Assembly (NCBI GenBank): GCA_963840845.1
Contig: CAWJBS010000108.1
Coordinates: forward strand, 2,458-66,457
Length of the DNA: 64,000 nt
Direction: 5' to 3'
Source: Bryobacterales bacterium
GTDB taxonomy: Bacteria > Acidobacteriota > Terriglobia > Bryobacterales > Bryobacteraceae
Both the position numbers and the translations under genes were made by a program. Below are positions 40,971-52,092 of this stretch, piece after piece; the first letter of the stretch is position 1, and each line of letters begins with the position of its first letter. The notes under the pieces are model-generated. The model was given only the letters and a program-made list of their open reading frames with translations. It was not told the origin of the DNA and made no database searches.

Positions 40971-41669
40971 GTGGGCTACCCGCGCGTTTTCTTGCCAGTG
41001 ATCTTCTGCGTGCTTGCTGCCGCACAGCAGGGCCATAATGCCGAAGGCACCAGACAGTTGTACTATCTGGGGCCGGAAACGCCCGCCGAAAAGACCGCGA
41101 CCTCCTCGCAGCCGGCGACGCGTCACTTAGGCCTGCGCTATAACATCGTCCTGATCCACGACAAAGGCAGAGACGAGGAGATCGCCTCGAGCCACGTGTT
41201 GCAAGACGGCGATTGCTTCGCTATTGATTTACAGACCAACCACGCCGGCTATCTCTACGTTCTGGCCAAGCAATCCAGCGGCTCGTGGCTGCCCTTGTTT
41301 CCTTCGCCCGACATGGCCGGCCAGAGCAATCAGATTGACCCCTTCACCCGCGTGCGCGTGCCTTCCGGCTATTGCTTCACCGTCCACAAACCCGCCGGTA
41401 AAGAGACGTTATTCGTCGTCTTCTCGCGCGACAAAAAAGACTTCTTCGAACTTTACGAAAACATCAAGACCAAGCACGAAAATCATCAACTGGTGGACAC
41501 CACCATTGAGCATTGGAACCAGCAGTTCGGAGGCACGCGCGATATCTCTGTAACTCGCATCTCCGAACCCGTCAAGAAAGACGAACCCCGCGGCGCGGTG
41601 TATGTCGTCAACACGTCCGACAAACTGTCCTCCAATCTTGTTACCAAGATCGAAATCATGCACCGTTAA
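40971..41669 (+). CDS. DUF4384 domain protein (secreted)
   Basis: Signal peptide. ..GDCFAIDLQTNHAGYLYVLAKQSSGSWLPLFPSPD...VPSGYCFTV..ETLFVVFS matches the DUF4384 pattern. Confidence 0.7.
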   Translation: MGYPRVFLPVIFCVLAAAQQGHNAEGTRQLYYLGPETPAEKTATSSQPATRHLGLRYNIVLIHDKGRDEEIASSHVLQDGDCFAIDLQTNHAGYLYVLAKQSSGSWLPLFPSPDMAGQSNQIDPFTRVRVPSGYCFTVHKPAGKETLFVVFSRDKKDFFELYENIKTKHENHQLVDTTIEHWNQQFGGTRDISVTRISEPVKKDEPRGAVYVVNTSDKLSSNLVTKIEIMHR

Positions 41670-41670
41670 C

Positions 41671-42861
41671 TTACTTGACCACCTGTACGCTATCGGCCGT
41701 CACCACCAGCGCAAACGGGCTCTTGCTAAACGAATCGCCATTGCCCTGAAAGCTGATCTTGGCTCCGGTGCGCACCGCGCTCGTGACCGGTACCGTGAGC
41801 TTAAGCGTTACATCCGCCGCCGTGGAATCCGTCATCGCCAGCGTGATCTCTTTGGGCGCGCGAACGGGTACCGCTTTCACCACGATGCCGCTCAACTGCG
41901 GCAGTGGCTTGCCCTGCAAATCACTGGCAAAATACTTCTCGCCATTGTCGGCTTCTAACTGCCGCCTCATCGCCAGCCACGCCGCTAGTTCCGGATTCGT
42001 CCGGCTCAATTCGGCTTCCGCCCGCCGCGCATTCACAACTGTTGCCGGATCAATCGCAAACTCGGCCGGCGGAAACGGATTGCTGGCCGATAGCTTGCGA
42101 ACCTGATCCAAACCTTCGAGCGACCCATGATAAGAAACGTACACCGTTTCTAACATCCCGTTCACTTGCCGGCGCTGATCTTCCGGCAACGGCGTTACCA
42201 GATCTTTCGTGCTGGCTCGCGCCAGATGCCACACGGCTTGTGGCTGCTTGTTGTTGTCCAACCCGGATACGATCCCGAGCCACGACGATATCTCCGCGTT
42301 TCCCGGTTCCTTCTTTAAACACGCCGCGAAGTCCTCGGCTGCCGCGCTGAAGTTGCCGCGCTGCCATTCCGCCCATCCTTCGGTTCGTTGCGCCAGCACT
42401 TCCACGCTCACTCTTTGCTTCTGCCATTCGGCTTCCGTCACGCTGGCTGGCTTTTTGTCGGCTGCAAAGTAATCCTTGGTCGAGGCCAGCAGTTGGTGAG
42501 CGGCCTTGTCGCCCGCATCCACAATCTCCGTATTCGCGTTGGTCTGTTGCGGCGCCAGCACCGTTACCCAATACAGCCCCACCGAATTACCTGGTTGAGA
42601 AGCCAGCATTTGCCGCGCAATGCTGAACATGCTTTGCTTGTCCCCAATAGATTCGTAAGTGGAGAGATACAACTCCTGCCGTGCCCGCGCCAAACCTGAT
42701 TGGGGATAGCTCTTGCTCCAAGTGTCCAGCAACGCCAAGCGCTTTTCAGGAGAGGCCTCCGAGCGAATGGTCAGGACAAGGTCATACTCTTTGCGATCGG
42801 TCCAATCGGCTGCTACTGCCATCGACACAAAAGCCAGGCAACAAATCAACTTCCGCTTCAT
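41671..42861 (-). CDS. Secreted helical-repeat (TPR-like) protein, last gene of the kinase-caspase operon
   Basis: Signal peptide MKRKLICCLAFVSMAVAA. 396 aa, mostly helical-repeat-like sequence. Its start is 3 nt after the caspase gene stop. Confidence 0.6.
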   Translation of the reverse strand: MKRKLICCLAFVSMAVAADWTDRKEYDLVLTIRSEASPEKRLALLDTWSKSYPQSGLARARQELYLSTYESIGDKQSMFSIARQMLASQPGNSVGLYWVTVLAPQQTNANTEIVDAGDKAAHQLLASTKDYFAADKKPASVTEAEWQKQRVSVEVLAQRTEGWAEWQRGNFSAAAEDFAACLKKEPGNAEISSWLGIVSGLDNNKQPQAVWHLARASTKDLVTPLPEDQRRQVNGMLETVYVSYHGSLEGLDQVRKLSASNPFPPAEFAIDPATVVNARRAEAELSRTNPELAAWLAMRRQLEADNGEKYFASDLQGKPLPQLSGIVVKAVPVRAPKEITLAMTDSTAADVTLKLTVPVTSAVRTGAKISFQGNGDSFSKSPFALVVTADSVQVVK

Positions 42862-42864
42862 TGC

Positions 42865-44562
42865 TTATTTGCCCCTCGTCAATGAAACAGTCTTGGTCTG
42901 GAAGGGCACCACTTCAACTTCTTGCGACGCGCCTACCACCACGCCCTTTTCAACCAGTCGCACCGTGTATTTGCCGGGCGGCAGCTTCACGGGTGTTGGC
43001 AGCGGATCAGCCAGCCACTCGCCGTTTACCAGCACCTTGCCGGAGCCAGTGGAGCCAATGATCAAAAGCGTTCCCGTCGCTGTGTCGCTCGAACTCCCGA
43101 TCTTGTGAATGGAGATATCGCGCGTATCCCCGGTTGGATTCACTTCCACATGCAGAATTTCTTTCTCAATCTTCGCGTCCGTTGCCTCGGCAGCCGCCGG
43201 TTCAGCGGGTGGAGGATAGGCGGCTTGTAACGCCTTGCTCCAGCGCGCTAAAGGCACCGATGACGACTGTGCCACGCGGATACCAGCGCTCCAATCCGGC
43301 ATCCCAAACTGCACGGTTTGGAAGAGTTCTTGCACTGGCGGCGGCGCTGGAAGCTCGGTCTTGATGACCTGTGCCGCTTCCGGGTAGACTGGTCCTAGTT
43401 CCTTCAACATGGCCGTGGCTTTGGCTACTGATTCACTGGTTCCGCGCAAGCGAATCACACCCAGCATATGCACTGCTTCCGCTAACTGGTCGCTCAGTAA
43501 ATAGCTGTTCACGGCTTCGAATGCCGAATCGATCGCGAACGGATCAAGGTTCAGCGTCTTTTCATAGGTCACCGCGGCGTCCTTGTATTGCGCCGCTTCA
43601 TACTTCTGGTCCGCTTCTTTGCGTGCCATCAGATAGGGAAGCTTCGCTTTGGCGGTAGATTCCAGTGCGCCGCCCGGTTTGCGTTGAATCACCTGATTGA
43701 CTAGCCGAATGGCTTGGTCCCAATCCTGACGCTGCTCGCGTTTCTGCGCTTCGAGCATCCAGCGAGACGCCTGCGATGGGTCGTTCGCCGTTTGCAAATT
43801 AGAGGGCGGATGGAAATAGAAGGTATTGGTGAGGCTAGAGATAGTCCAAGGCGACTGACGGCTTTCGGTCTCTTGTGAGACGCGCGCCTTGACCTTAGTG
43901 AAGACATCATCAAGCGTCAGCCCTGGCTGATCGATCAAATCCGCCAAAGCTTCCGTGAAGAAGCTATCGCGTCCGTTGGGATTGTCCGCTGCCACTTGTC
44001 CTGGGCTCGTCGAAAAAGCGACGTAGGTTTCAATGCCCGCCACTTGGGGTTGGGCCAAACCCGATTGCAGCGCGTTCTTCTCCGATACCGGATTGCTGCG
44101 GCACGCGTCTAAAATAATGATGCTTCGCTTGGTACGTTTCTTCAATTCTTCAAATAACTGTCCTAAGCGGAAGCATTTGAATTTGGCCTGAATCACCGTG
44201 CTGGCCGCTTCAAAATCCACCGGGACTAGAAAGTTTTCACTATCAATCTGAACGCCGTGCCCCGCGTAGAAGAACAAAGCGGTATCGTCTGGACCCAGCT
44301 GCTCTGCCAGTTTCGCGGCAGCTTCTTCCATCTCTGGATAAGTGGCGTCTTCTTTCAGAATGGTTTTGAAACCAGCCGCTTGCAACGCCTTATCCATCAG
44401 CCGCGCGTCGTTGATCGCATTCCGCAGAGGGCTGATGGAATAGTTATTGTTGCCGATAATCAAAGCGACTCGCTTGCCTTCTTCCTGCGCCGCCGCCGTG
44501 CCGAGCGCCAGCAAAAACGCTAAACAAAGAAACTGGAACCTAACTAAACTCTTCATGCCCAC
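42865..44562 (-). CDS. Secreted caspase-family (peptidase C14) protein with TPR region and C-terminal PEGA-like domain
   Basis: Signal peptide, RVALIIGNNNY, FFYAGHGVQ (His), IIILDACRSNP (Cys), central TPR-like helices, and C-terminal ..VLVNGEWLADPLPTPVKLPPGKYTVRLVEKG.. Confidence 0.85.
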   Translation of the reverse strand: MGMKSLVRFQFLCLAFLLALGTAAAQEEGKRVALIIGNNNYSISPLRNAINDARLMDKALQAAGFKTILKEDATYPEMEEAAAKLAEQLGPDDTALFFYAGHGVQIDSENFLVPVDFEAASTVIQAKFKCFRLGQLFEELKKRTKRSIIILDACRSNPVSEKNALQSGLAQPQVAGIETYVAFSTSPGQVAADNPNGRDSFFTEALADLIDQPGLTLDDVFTKVKARVSQETESRQSPWTISSLTNTFYFHPPSNLQTANDPSQASRWMLEAQKREQRQDWDQAIRLVNQVIQRKPGGALESTAKAKLPYLMARKEADQKYEAAQYKDAAVTYEKTLNLDPFAIDSAFEAVNSYLLSDQLAEAVHMLGVIRLRGTSESVAKATAMLKELGPVYPEAAQVIKTELPAPPPVQELFQTVQFGMPDWSAGIRVAQSSSVPLARWSKALQAAYPPPAEPAAAEATDAKIEKEILHVEVNPTGDTRDISIHKIGSSSDTATGTLLIIGSTGSGKVLVNGEWLADPLPTPVKLPPGKYTVRLVEKGVVVGASQEVEVVPFQTKTVSLTRGK

Positions 44563-44566
44563 TCTC

Positions 44567-46474
44567 CTAGCGGAACGTCACTTGTCTCGAACGGTCATCG
44601 AGTGAAGCGTCCGTACTGCATTGGGCCGACGCGAGCCGGCCGCCGTTGTAGTTGTACTTCACGTGTGAAGACTTGCCTTGGCTGGAAATTTCTTCAGCCA
44701 CTAGCCGCCCGTCTTCATATTGCATCGTCCGCTCATAAATTCGGGAGCGATTTTTCGGATCCACACCCTGATAGCCGCGAATGGCAGACAGATGCTGTCC
44801 GTCCCATTCGAAGTCCAAAGAAAAACCAGTCAGCGAACCATTCTGATCAACTAACTCCACGGCGCGCGCTACCCGGCCGGCCGCGTCGTAACTAAAGCGG
44901 AAGTAGTGGACATGGTCCCAAACAAAGGGTTCGAAGTAGCGATTACCCGCGATGCCCATGCTCACGTTCTTTCCTGTGAGTTTCTCAACGCTATCGGGAT
45001 CGATGTATGGGTTATTTAGCACTACAACAGCAGCATGCTTCAGTAAGTCGTCTGGGTCGGCCGTGTTCACGCTCGGATGCGCGTCTCCTTCCACGGCAGA
45101 AATCACTTGCGGAAACTTATCGTTGTAGGCGAAGGTGATTTTCGGTTCGCCCGTGTTTTTCTCTGCCTTCTCAAACGTCGGCGTGATGGAGACTAAGCGG
45201 TCGCCATTCCATTCGTAATCGACTTTCATCTTGCCCGAGGCGTCGATGTGTTCGATCTTGGGTTGAAACGCCAGGCTGATGGGGCAATAGAAAACATCGC
45301 TGGGAAGCTTCTTGCCGGAGAGCCAGTTTGCCGTGCCGTTTTCAGCGGAGGCCGAAGTGGGCGCCGGTGTATAGGATGCCAGCATGGCGCGTACTTTCGC
45401 CCGTTGATCTAGATTGGCGTCGAGCGTGTTGGTAATGGTCAGATAGCGCGTGAGCAAAACGCGGCTTTGTTGCGCATCGCGGCTGATGGCGGAAGCCGTG
45501 GCTGCCTGGTACAGCAGATCGGGATCGCTGTCGCTGGCGCTTAACCCTTTCAATGCCAATTCGTGAAGCTTCACGTAATTGCCTTCGCGCAAGGCCTTCT
45601 GGATTTGATCTTTGACATCTTCGAGCGAGTTGGTTTGCCGGAACAGCAGTTCGTTGCGCAGATTGCTGGCCTTCTCGCGCTCTTCGTCGACTGCGTGCAA
45701 GTCATAGCGGTCGAGTGTGGCGAATGCCTCGGCAAATTCGCTGCGTGCCCCCAGAATCTCGGCTTTCTTGAGAAGCATCGGCAACGAATCCGGATCAATG
45801 CGTTCGGCCTCGGTAATGCTCTTCAGCGCCAGATCGAGTTTGTTCTCAATCTTATAGTTAGTGGCAAACTGCACGGCTTGATTGAGAATTTCGCGTTCGC
45901 CCACGCCGAGTTGCTTGCGTTCGCGTTGATTGTCCAGCGCCACTTCGCGCGAATAGCTGGCCCAGGAGGCGATGGCCCGTTGCTGCAAGATCTTGTCTGA
46001 CGGCTGGCGCATGCTGGCCAATCGAAACTGCCGGAACGCCGCACCATACTCCCGTTCAGTGAACAGTTGCTCCCCAGTATCCTTGTGCTGCTCTAAGCTA
46101 GTTTGCAGCGCTTTCTTGCGCAAGGCGGCGAGGTCTGGGAACGAACGTTCGTATTGCTCAAAATCGCCATCGCTGATGATAAACGGGTCCCAGGCATTGG
46201 CGGCGGCGAACGCGCGCAACACCGCTACCTTACGGTCGAGCCACCTTTTGCGCTGGGCCAACTGGTCGCGCAGTTTTGCCTGTTCGGGAACCTCCGGATA
46301 AAGCGATTGCGACAGCTCGGCATAACGCAATCCTTGATCCAAGACTTCGAAATTCGCTGTGCCGTTTTCAAATTGCTCATAGCGGACGCGCATGGCGCTT
46401 TCCACATATTTTTGTAGTGTGCGAGCGGCTGGATCTTGCGGATAGGTTTTGGCGATCGCTGAGATCAAGCTCAA
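44567..46474 (-). CDS. Large helical-repeat protein with YD/RHS-like repeats in the C-terminal half
   Basis: 635 aa. Repeats: DYEWNGDRLVSI, FSYDAAGRVARA, DFEWDGQHLSAI, MQYEDGRLVAEE and YNYNGGRLASAQ. The TTG start overlaps the upstream stop by 4 nt. Confidence 0.6.
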   Translation of the reverse strand: MSLISAIAKTYPQDPAARTLQKYVESAMRVRYEQFENGTANFEVLDQGLRYAELSQSLYPEVPEQAKLRDQLAQRKRWLDRKVAVLRAFAAANAWDPFIISDGDFEQYERSFPDLAALRKKALQTSLEQHKDTGEQLFTEREYGAAFRQFRLASMRQPSDKILQQRAIASWASYSREVALDNQRERKQLGVGEREILNQAVQFATNYKIENKLDLALKSITEAERIDPDSLPMLLKKAEILGARSEFAEAFATLDRYDLHAVDEEREKASNLRNELLFRQTNSLEDVKDQIQKALREGNYVKLHELALKGLSASDSDPDLLYQAATASAISRDAQQSRVLLTRYLTITNTLDANLDQRAKVRAMLASYTPAPTSASAENGTANWLSGKKLPSDVFYCPISLAFQPKIEHIDASGKMKVDYEWNGDRLVSITPTFEKAEKNTGEPKITFAYNDKFPQVISAVEGDAHPSVNTADPDDLLKHAAVVVLNNPYIDPDSVEKLTGKNVSMGIAGNRYFEPFVWDHVHYFRFSYDAAGRVARAVELVDQNGSLTGFSLDFEWDGQHLSAIRGYQGVDPKNRSRIYERTMQYEDGRLVAEEISSQGKSSHVKYNYNGGRLASAQCSTDASLDDRSRQVTFR

Positions 46475-46979
46475 ATTGCAGTGGCGAACGTTTTATCCGA
46501 GCTATCGATCATGCGCACCAACGGCTCACTGCGCGCTAGTTCTGCCAGTTCTTCGACGCCGCCGGGCGCAAAGGCCACAAACGACGCAGCCGGAATTTCT
46601 GTTTGAGTCTTGTCGGAGCCTTTAGCCGAATGCGCGCGTTGCCCCACATGGCCCAAGCAAGTTCGGTACCTTTCGGGTTGCCTTCCGGCAGAACGTAATG
46701 AATGGAGCCTTCCGAACTCAGCGCGAAGAATCCCGTGGCCTGATCGCGGTAAAGCGTTTCGCCCAGCTTGATAGAGGCGAGCTTTGCAGTTGGATCTTCA
46801 ATCTTCGAATTGGCGCCCAGATTTAAGACTTTATCCTTGCCATTCACGTTGAGCGAAACGGCATCGCCAAATTGAAATCCCTTGTCGGTGTGGGTGACAA
46901 CGATACCGGCGCAGAGCGCTTCAGTGGCGCATAAAACTGCTGTAACTATAAGGGAAAGAAAACGAGTGGGCGTGGACAC
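46471..46979 (-). CDS. Small secreted protein, frame broken near 46640
   Basis: Signal peptide MSTPTRFLSLIVTAVLCATEALCAG. The tail continues in ORF 46471..46656. Confidence 0.5.
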
Positions 46980-47040
46980 AGTTTGAACTCAACTCAGTTT
47001 AGAGTTTACCTTTGTGCGGTAAACGTAGCAAGTTTAGGTC

Positions 47041-48727
47041 CTAATGTGTCTCTGGTGACTTGGCGCAGCGGAAACCGATGCGCTGGCTGGCGAGCCGGGC
47101 AGGGAAGGTGGCCGTTTCGCTCAGTAAGGAAGCTGGCAGGTAGTAGTAACCGCCGCGGATTCGGTAGAAGGGCTCATCCAGGGTGAGCGTTTTATCCAAA
47201 CTCTTCTGCATTTTCAGCAAGTTATCGGGCGTGGGCTTCTCGTTGCCGTCTACCCACTCCCAAACGTTGCCGCACATGTTGAGCGCGCCATATGGGCTGG
47301 CGCCTTGCGGAAAGGCATTCACGTTCATCATTTCGTGCTTTGCCAGGGTTGGATTATCCAAAACGTTAGCGCGTTGGGGTTCCGGTTGATCACCCCAAGG
47401 GTACTTTCGACCGTTTGCACCGCGTGCCGCTTTCTCCCACTCGTCGTCGGTGGGTAGCCGTTTACCCGCCCAGTTGGCGAACTCTTTGGCGTCATATAGG
47501 GTCACGTTCACCACTGGAAAGTCGGGCTTGTCGTCGGGGAAGTCTTTGGATTGCGCAATCCCTTCGCCTTCAGGAACTCGGCGTAAGCTCGATTCGAAAC
47601 CTCGGTCTTATCAATGTAGAAGGGTTTGATGTTTACTTTGTGGTTATCGGAACCAATCAGCGCGGGTCCGCCATCTACTAGAGCCATATCGCCGCTGGGT
47701 AAAGTGAGCGTCTTTGCCAAAGTCGGGGTGGCTGGCGCGTGGTCTTTGGCAAGGTGCCAGATGAGCGCTCCCACAGACAGAAGCACTAGAAGCAGCGCTC
47801 CCGCCAGCACACGGCGGAACATATTCGGCTGAGCCAAGCGATCTAGGACGGGAATGGCTTGTGTGCGCCAGAGCCAGGTCTTTTCGGAGACCTCGTTTTC
47901 GGAGATGGCTTGCAGCCCTTTAAGGATGGGGGCGAAGTCGGCGTAACGATTCTCCGGCTTCTTTTCCAGGCAACGCTTGACCATCAATTGCAAAGATTCG
48001 GGCGCGCCACAGACAGCCATGACTTTCAAATCGGGAGTACCGTTCAAAATGGCGGCCCAAAGCGTTTCGAGCGTAGATCCGACAAACGGCCGGCGTCCGC
48101 CGCAGATCATCTCATAAAGAAGTACGCCAAAGGCCCAGACGTCGGTACGAAAGGTAACTTGCTCACCGCGAACTTGCTCGGGCGCCATGTAGAACGCTGT
48201 GCCTTTGGTCCAACCGGCTTGGGTCTTATTCCAATCGACTGCTTTGGCAATGCCGAAATCAACGAGCTTGATACGTCCGTTCGGATCGAGATTGAGATTC
48301 TGCGGCTTTAGATCGCGGTGAATGATGCCTTGCGAGTGAACGTATTCCATGGCGTAGGCAATCTGTTGCGCGATGCGCACGATCTGCTTTATGTTGCCTA
48401 ACTCACCGGCGCGGATGGTCTTATCCAAGCTCTGGCCGCGCAGAAACTCCATGACGATGAAAGGCGAGCCTTCGAAGTCGCCTTTGTCGTACGTGCTGAC
48501 GATGTTTTCGTGAGAACAGCGGCTGGCTAGCTGGACTTCATCCAGAAACGAATCGCGCACTTCGCCATCGGTTTCTTTGCCGGGCTTGAGGATTTTGATG
48601 GCTACGTCGCGCGGAAGCTCGGTATCGCGGGCGCGATAGACGTCGCCATCTCACCGCCGAGATGCTCTTCACAGCGATAACGGCCTGCGAGGAACGGGAC
48701 TTGGCGCATCTGGCGCAGGGCTTCCAT
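47041..48727 (-). CDS. Ser/Thr protein kinase - TM helix - FGE/SUMF1 (formylglycine-generating-enzyme-like, C-type-lectin fold) domain; frame broken near 48645 and near 47515
   Basis: [11 protein letters not shown](G)EMGDVY glycine loop, [14 protein letters not shown] and MAPE motifs. TM helix [17 protein letters not shown]. Then ..[14 protein letters not shown].., [37 protein letters not shown] and IGFRC. Confidence 0.85.
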
Positions 48728-48836
48728 TGTAAGTTGACGAACCCATCATTCTACCGAAAGTGCCCGCTTGAGTAGGTTGAAGAAAGTGGCTGTCTTGTTT
48801 ACGCTACACTGAACTGTTTGGCGGACAGTCTGCTCA

Positions 48837-51800
48837 GTGTCCGTATCAAGGAGATTCGCCGTAATGCAATTTGCCGCCTTTGTTTCGATAGCCATCCTAT
48901 GCTCTGCGCCTTCCCTTGAGGCGCAGGTTTCGGCTCATCTGGGGACCGTGACAGATCCATCAGCGGCGATTGTCTCGAGCGCGAATCTGACGGCCAAGAA
49001 CGTTGACACAGGGCTCGAGCGGGAGACGGTGACGGATGGACAGGGCCGCTACCAATTTTCGGCACTACCGGTGGGGCGGTATGAGATTCACGCTACGAAG
49101 AACGGATTTGCGGAAGCCATTCGCAGCGGCATCCAACTGGTGGTTGGGCAAGATGCCACGGTGGACATCACGCTCAAAGTGGGTGAAGCGAGCCAGCAAA
49201 TTACCGTGAACGGCGACGCGCCACTGGTGAACGCCAGCACTGCCGACATTTCGGGTTTGGTTGGGGAGACCCAAGTCAAGAATCTGCCACTGAACGGCCG
49301 CAGTTACGACGAACTGCTTACCCTCAACCCCGGCGTGGTGAACTTCACCATGGAAAAGACGGGTGGCATCGGAGTTTCGAACTCAACGGTGGGCAATAAC
49401 TTTGCCGTGATGGGAAACCGTCCACAGCAAAATTTGTTTTTACTGAACGGAATCGAATTTACTGGGGCGGCGGAGAACAACATGCAGCCCGGCGGCACGA
49501 GCCAGCAACTGTTGGGCGTGGATGCGGTGCGCGAATTCAATCTGCTGGCCGATTCGTACGGAGCCGAATATGGCAAACGGCCGGGCGCGCAGGTGGTGAT
49601 TCTGACGCAATCGGGCACGAACGAGTTACATGGCTCGATTTATGAATTTCTGAGAAACAACGCATTCGATGCGCGCAATTTTTTCGATGGCGCTTCAACG
49701 CCCGGCTTCGAACGCAATCAGTTTGGCGGCGCTTTGGGTGGAGCGGTAAAGCAGAATAAAACCTTTCTCTTTGGCAACTTCGAAGAATTTCGCCAGCATC
49801 TACACCAAACTGGGGTAGACTTAGTTCCCGATAACAACGCGCGTAACGGATACTTGCCTTGCAAATTAGTCACGCCGGCTCCGACGTGCCCGAGCAATGG
49901 ACTGGTGTTTGTCGGCATTTCTCCGCTGATCAATGCGTGGCCTGTTGCTTCAGCGGGCGCGCCCGATTTCGGTGGTATCTCGGAAGCTTTTAACAGCCCA
50001 TTACAAACGATTCGCGACGATTTCGGAAATGCGCGGCTGGATCATATTTTTTCCAGCAAAGACACTTTCAATGCGGTTTACACCATTGATTACAGCAATG
50101 ATTTCACACCGACGAGCACAAACGCCTATAGCGCTGACGCGGAAAATCTGCGGGAACAAGTGGCCAGCATGGAAGAGACGCATATCTTCTCGCCGACGTT
50201 ACTGAATACGGCGCGAATTGGCTTTTCGCGGGCGGTCTACTTCTTTACGGGTGAACCTACGCCCGGCACGCCCGCTGCGAGTTTGCCCGGTTTTCTTTCC
50301 GGCTTGCCATTGGGAGCGATTGTGGTGGGTGGGAGTGCCGCTTCGAATCCAACGGCGCAGCTGAGTTTGGCGGGCAGTAATAACGGCAGTAATCTCGATG
50401 TGGCGCGAAATCTGTTTACTTACGAAGATCGGGTTTCATTCACCAAAGGCCGGCATCAGGTTAGCGTGGGGGCTTCGTTTCAGCAACTGCGGTCGAACGA
50501 AAATTTAGCGTTGAGCCAAGATGGCCAAGCGACGTTCGCGAGTTTGCAAACCTTCTTACAAGGCGGAGGCACGGCGAGTTCGTTGCTGTATGATCCGACG
50601 CCTACGCCGCTTAGCTGGCGCTCGTGGTTTGGAGCGGGATATGCGGAAGATGTCATTCGCATGGCGCAGAACTTCACGCTTTCGCTGGGTTTCCGCGACG
50701 AATTCAGCACGGGGTGGAATGAGGCGCATGGACGCGCAGCGACTTATACTTATCCGGGCGGCGTTATCTCGAGCCTGCCTACTATTGGAAGTTCTGCTTT
50801 CACGGTGAACAATGCCAAGTTTCTGCCTCAACCGCGAGCTGGCTTGGCTTGGAGTAACGGGGGGCACAGCCAATTTCCGACGGTGATCCGCGCGGGCTTT
50901 GGGATGTACAACGATTTGCAAGACGCGTTGGGTTACCGGACGGATCAAAACGCGCCGTTTAATCCGACGTGGAGTTTGCCAAACGGCGAAAGTCACATCG
51001 CTGCCGATTTTGACAAATCTGCCGGGTGCCGGCGACGGCCAAATTAGTGCCGGGCGGCGTGCAGCCGGATATGCAAACGCCGACGCTGATTTCGTGGTCG
51101 TTCCGGGTTCAGCAAGCGATTACGCCGAATACGTCTTTGAGGTGGGTTATGTGGGGTCGCACGGTTATCACGAATTGATAGGGATTGACGCCAACGAACC
51201 GTTTCCGGTGATTTGTCCAGCGAAGCCATGTCCGGCGGTTTATCCGAACACGTTTCCGGCGGGAATTGCGGGAACGCCCGTCACTCCTGGCACCTACTAT
51301 GTGCCAACGGCTACCAAACCGAATGCCACGCTGAACAATACGTGGACTTATTTTCAGAAGGTGACAGTTCTTACAATGCGCTGCAAGTGGACTTGAACCA
51401 TCGTTTCAGCCACGGGCTTGTGCTGCGGGGCGTCTATACATGGTCGCGCGCGATTGACGATGGTGATTCGTTGAATGCGACAACTTCGGGCGGAGAGCCG
51501 GCGCTCACATCAGATCCTTATGATTTGGGCGCCGATCCGGGGATTGGCGAACTTCGATGTGAGACATGTGGGGGTGATCAATGCCAGTTATCTGTTGCCA
51601 TTCCTGAAGCAGCAGAAGTTACTGGCGGATGGACGATCAATTCGATTGTGACGCTGCAAGCGGGTTTTCCGTTCACGCCGCAACTGAGTTACAACCCTTC
51701 GAATAACGGCGATACGCGCAATCCGGTGCGGCCTTTTGTGAACCCAGCGTTTACAGGAAAGGTAATTGAAGGTTCGGTGAACCAATGGTTTAATCCGGCG

Positions 51801-52092
51801 GCGTTTCTGGCTCCGGCGGCGAGCAGCGGCTTTTATGGGAATCTAGGCCGCGATACGCTGATCGGGCCGGGACTGGGCACTTGGGACGTTTCGCTGCTGA
51901 AGAACACGCCGATCGGCGAGCGAGCCCACGTGCAGTTTCGGGCGGAGGTATTCAACGTGTTGAACCGCGCCAATTTCAACACGCCCAATGCCGTGGTGTT
52001 TACGCCATCGGCGTATCGCCACGGCAGGGCTAATCACGAGTACTTCGACAACATCTCGGCAGATTCAGCTCGGGTTGAAGTTGCTTTGGTAG
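48837..52092 (+). CDS. TonB-dependent receptor with N-terminal carboxypeptidase-regulatory-like domain, at least 3 frame breaks (about 51040, 51350, 52020)
   Basis: Signal peptide, ..GTVTDPSAAIVSSANLTAKNVDTGLERETVTDGQGRYQFSALPVGRY.., and plug region NGRSYDELLTLNPGV. The beta-barrel tail ..FRAEVFNVLNRANFN.. ends in an alternative frame with ..RQIQLGLKLLW. Confidence 0.85.

Noticed and set aside
47041-47200. Possibility that the FGE/lectin-fold C-terminus is a diversity-generating retroelement variable region
   Set aside because: No reverse transcriptase ORF and no template-repeat copy of this segment is visible anywhere in the window. The idea can only be revisited with the full contig.
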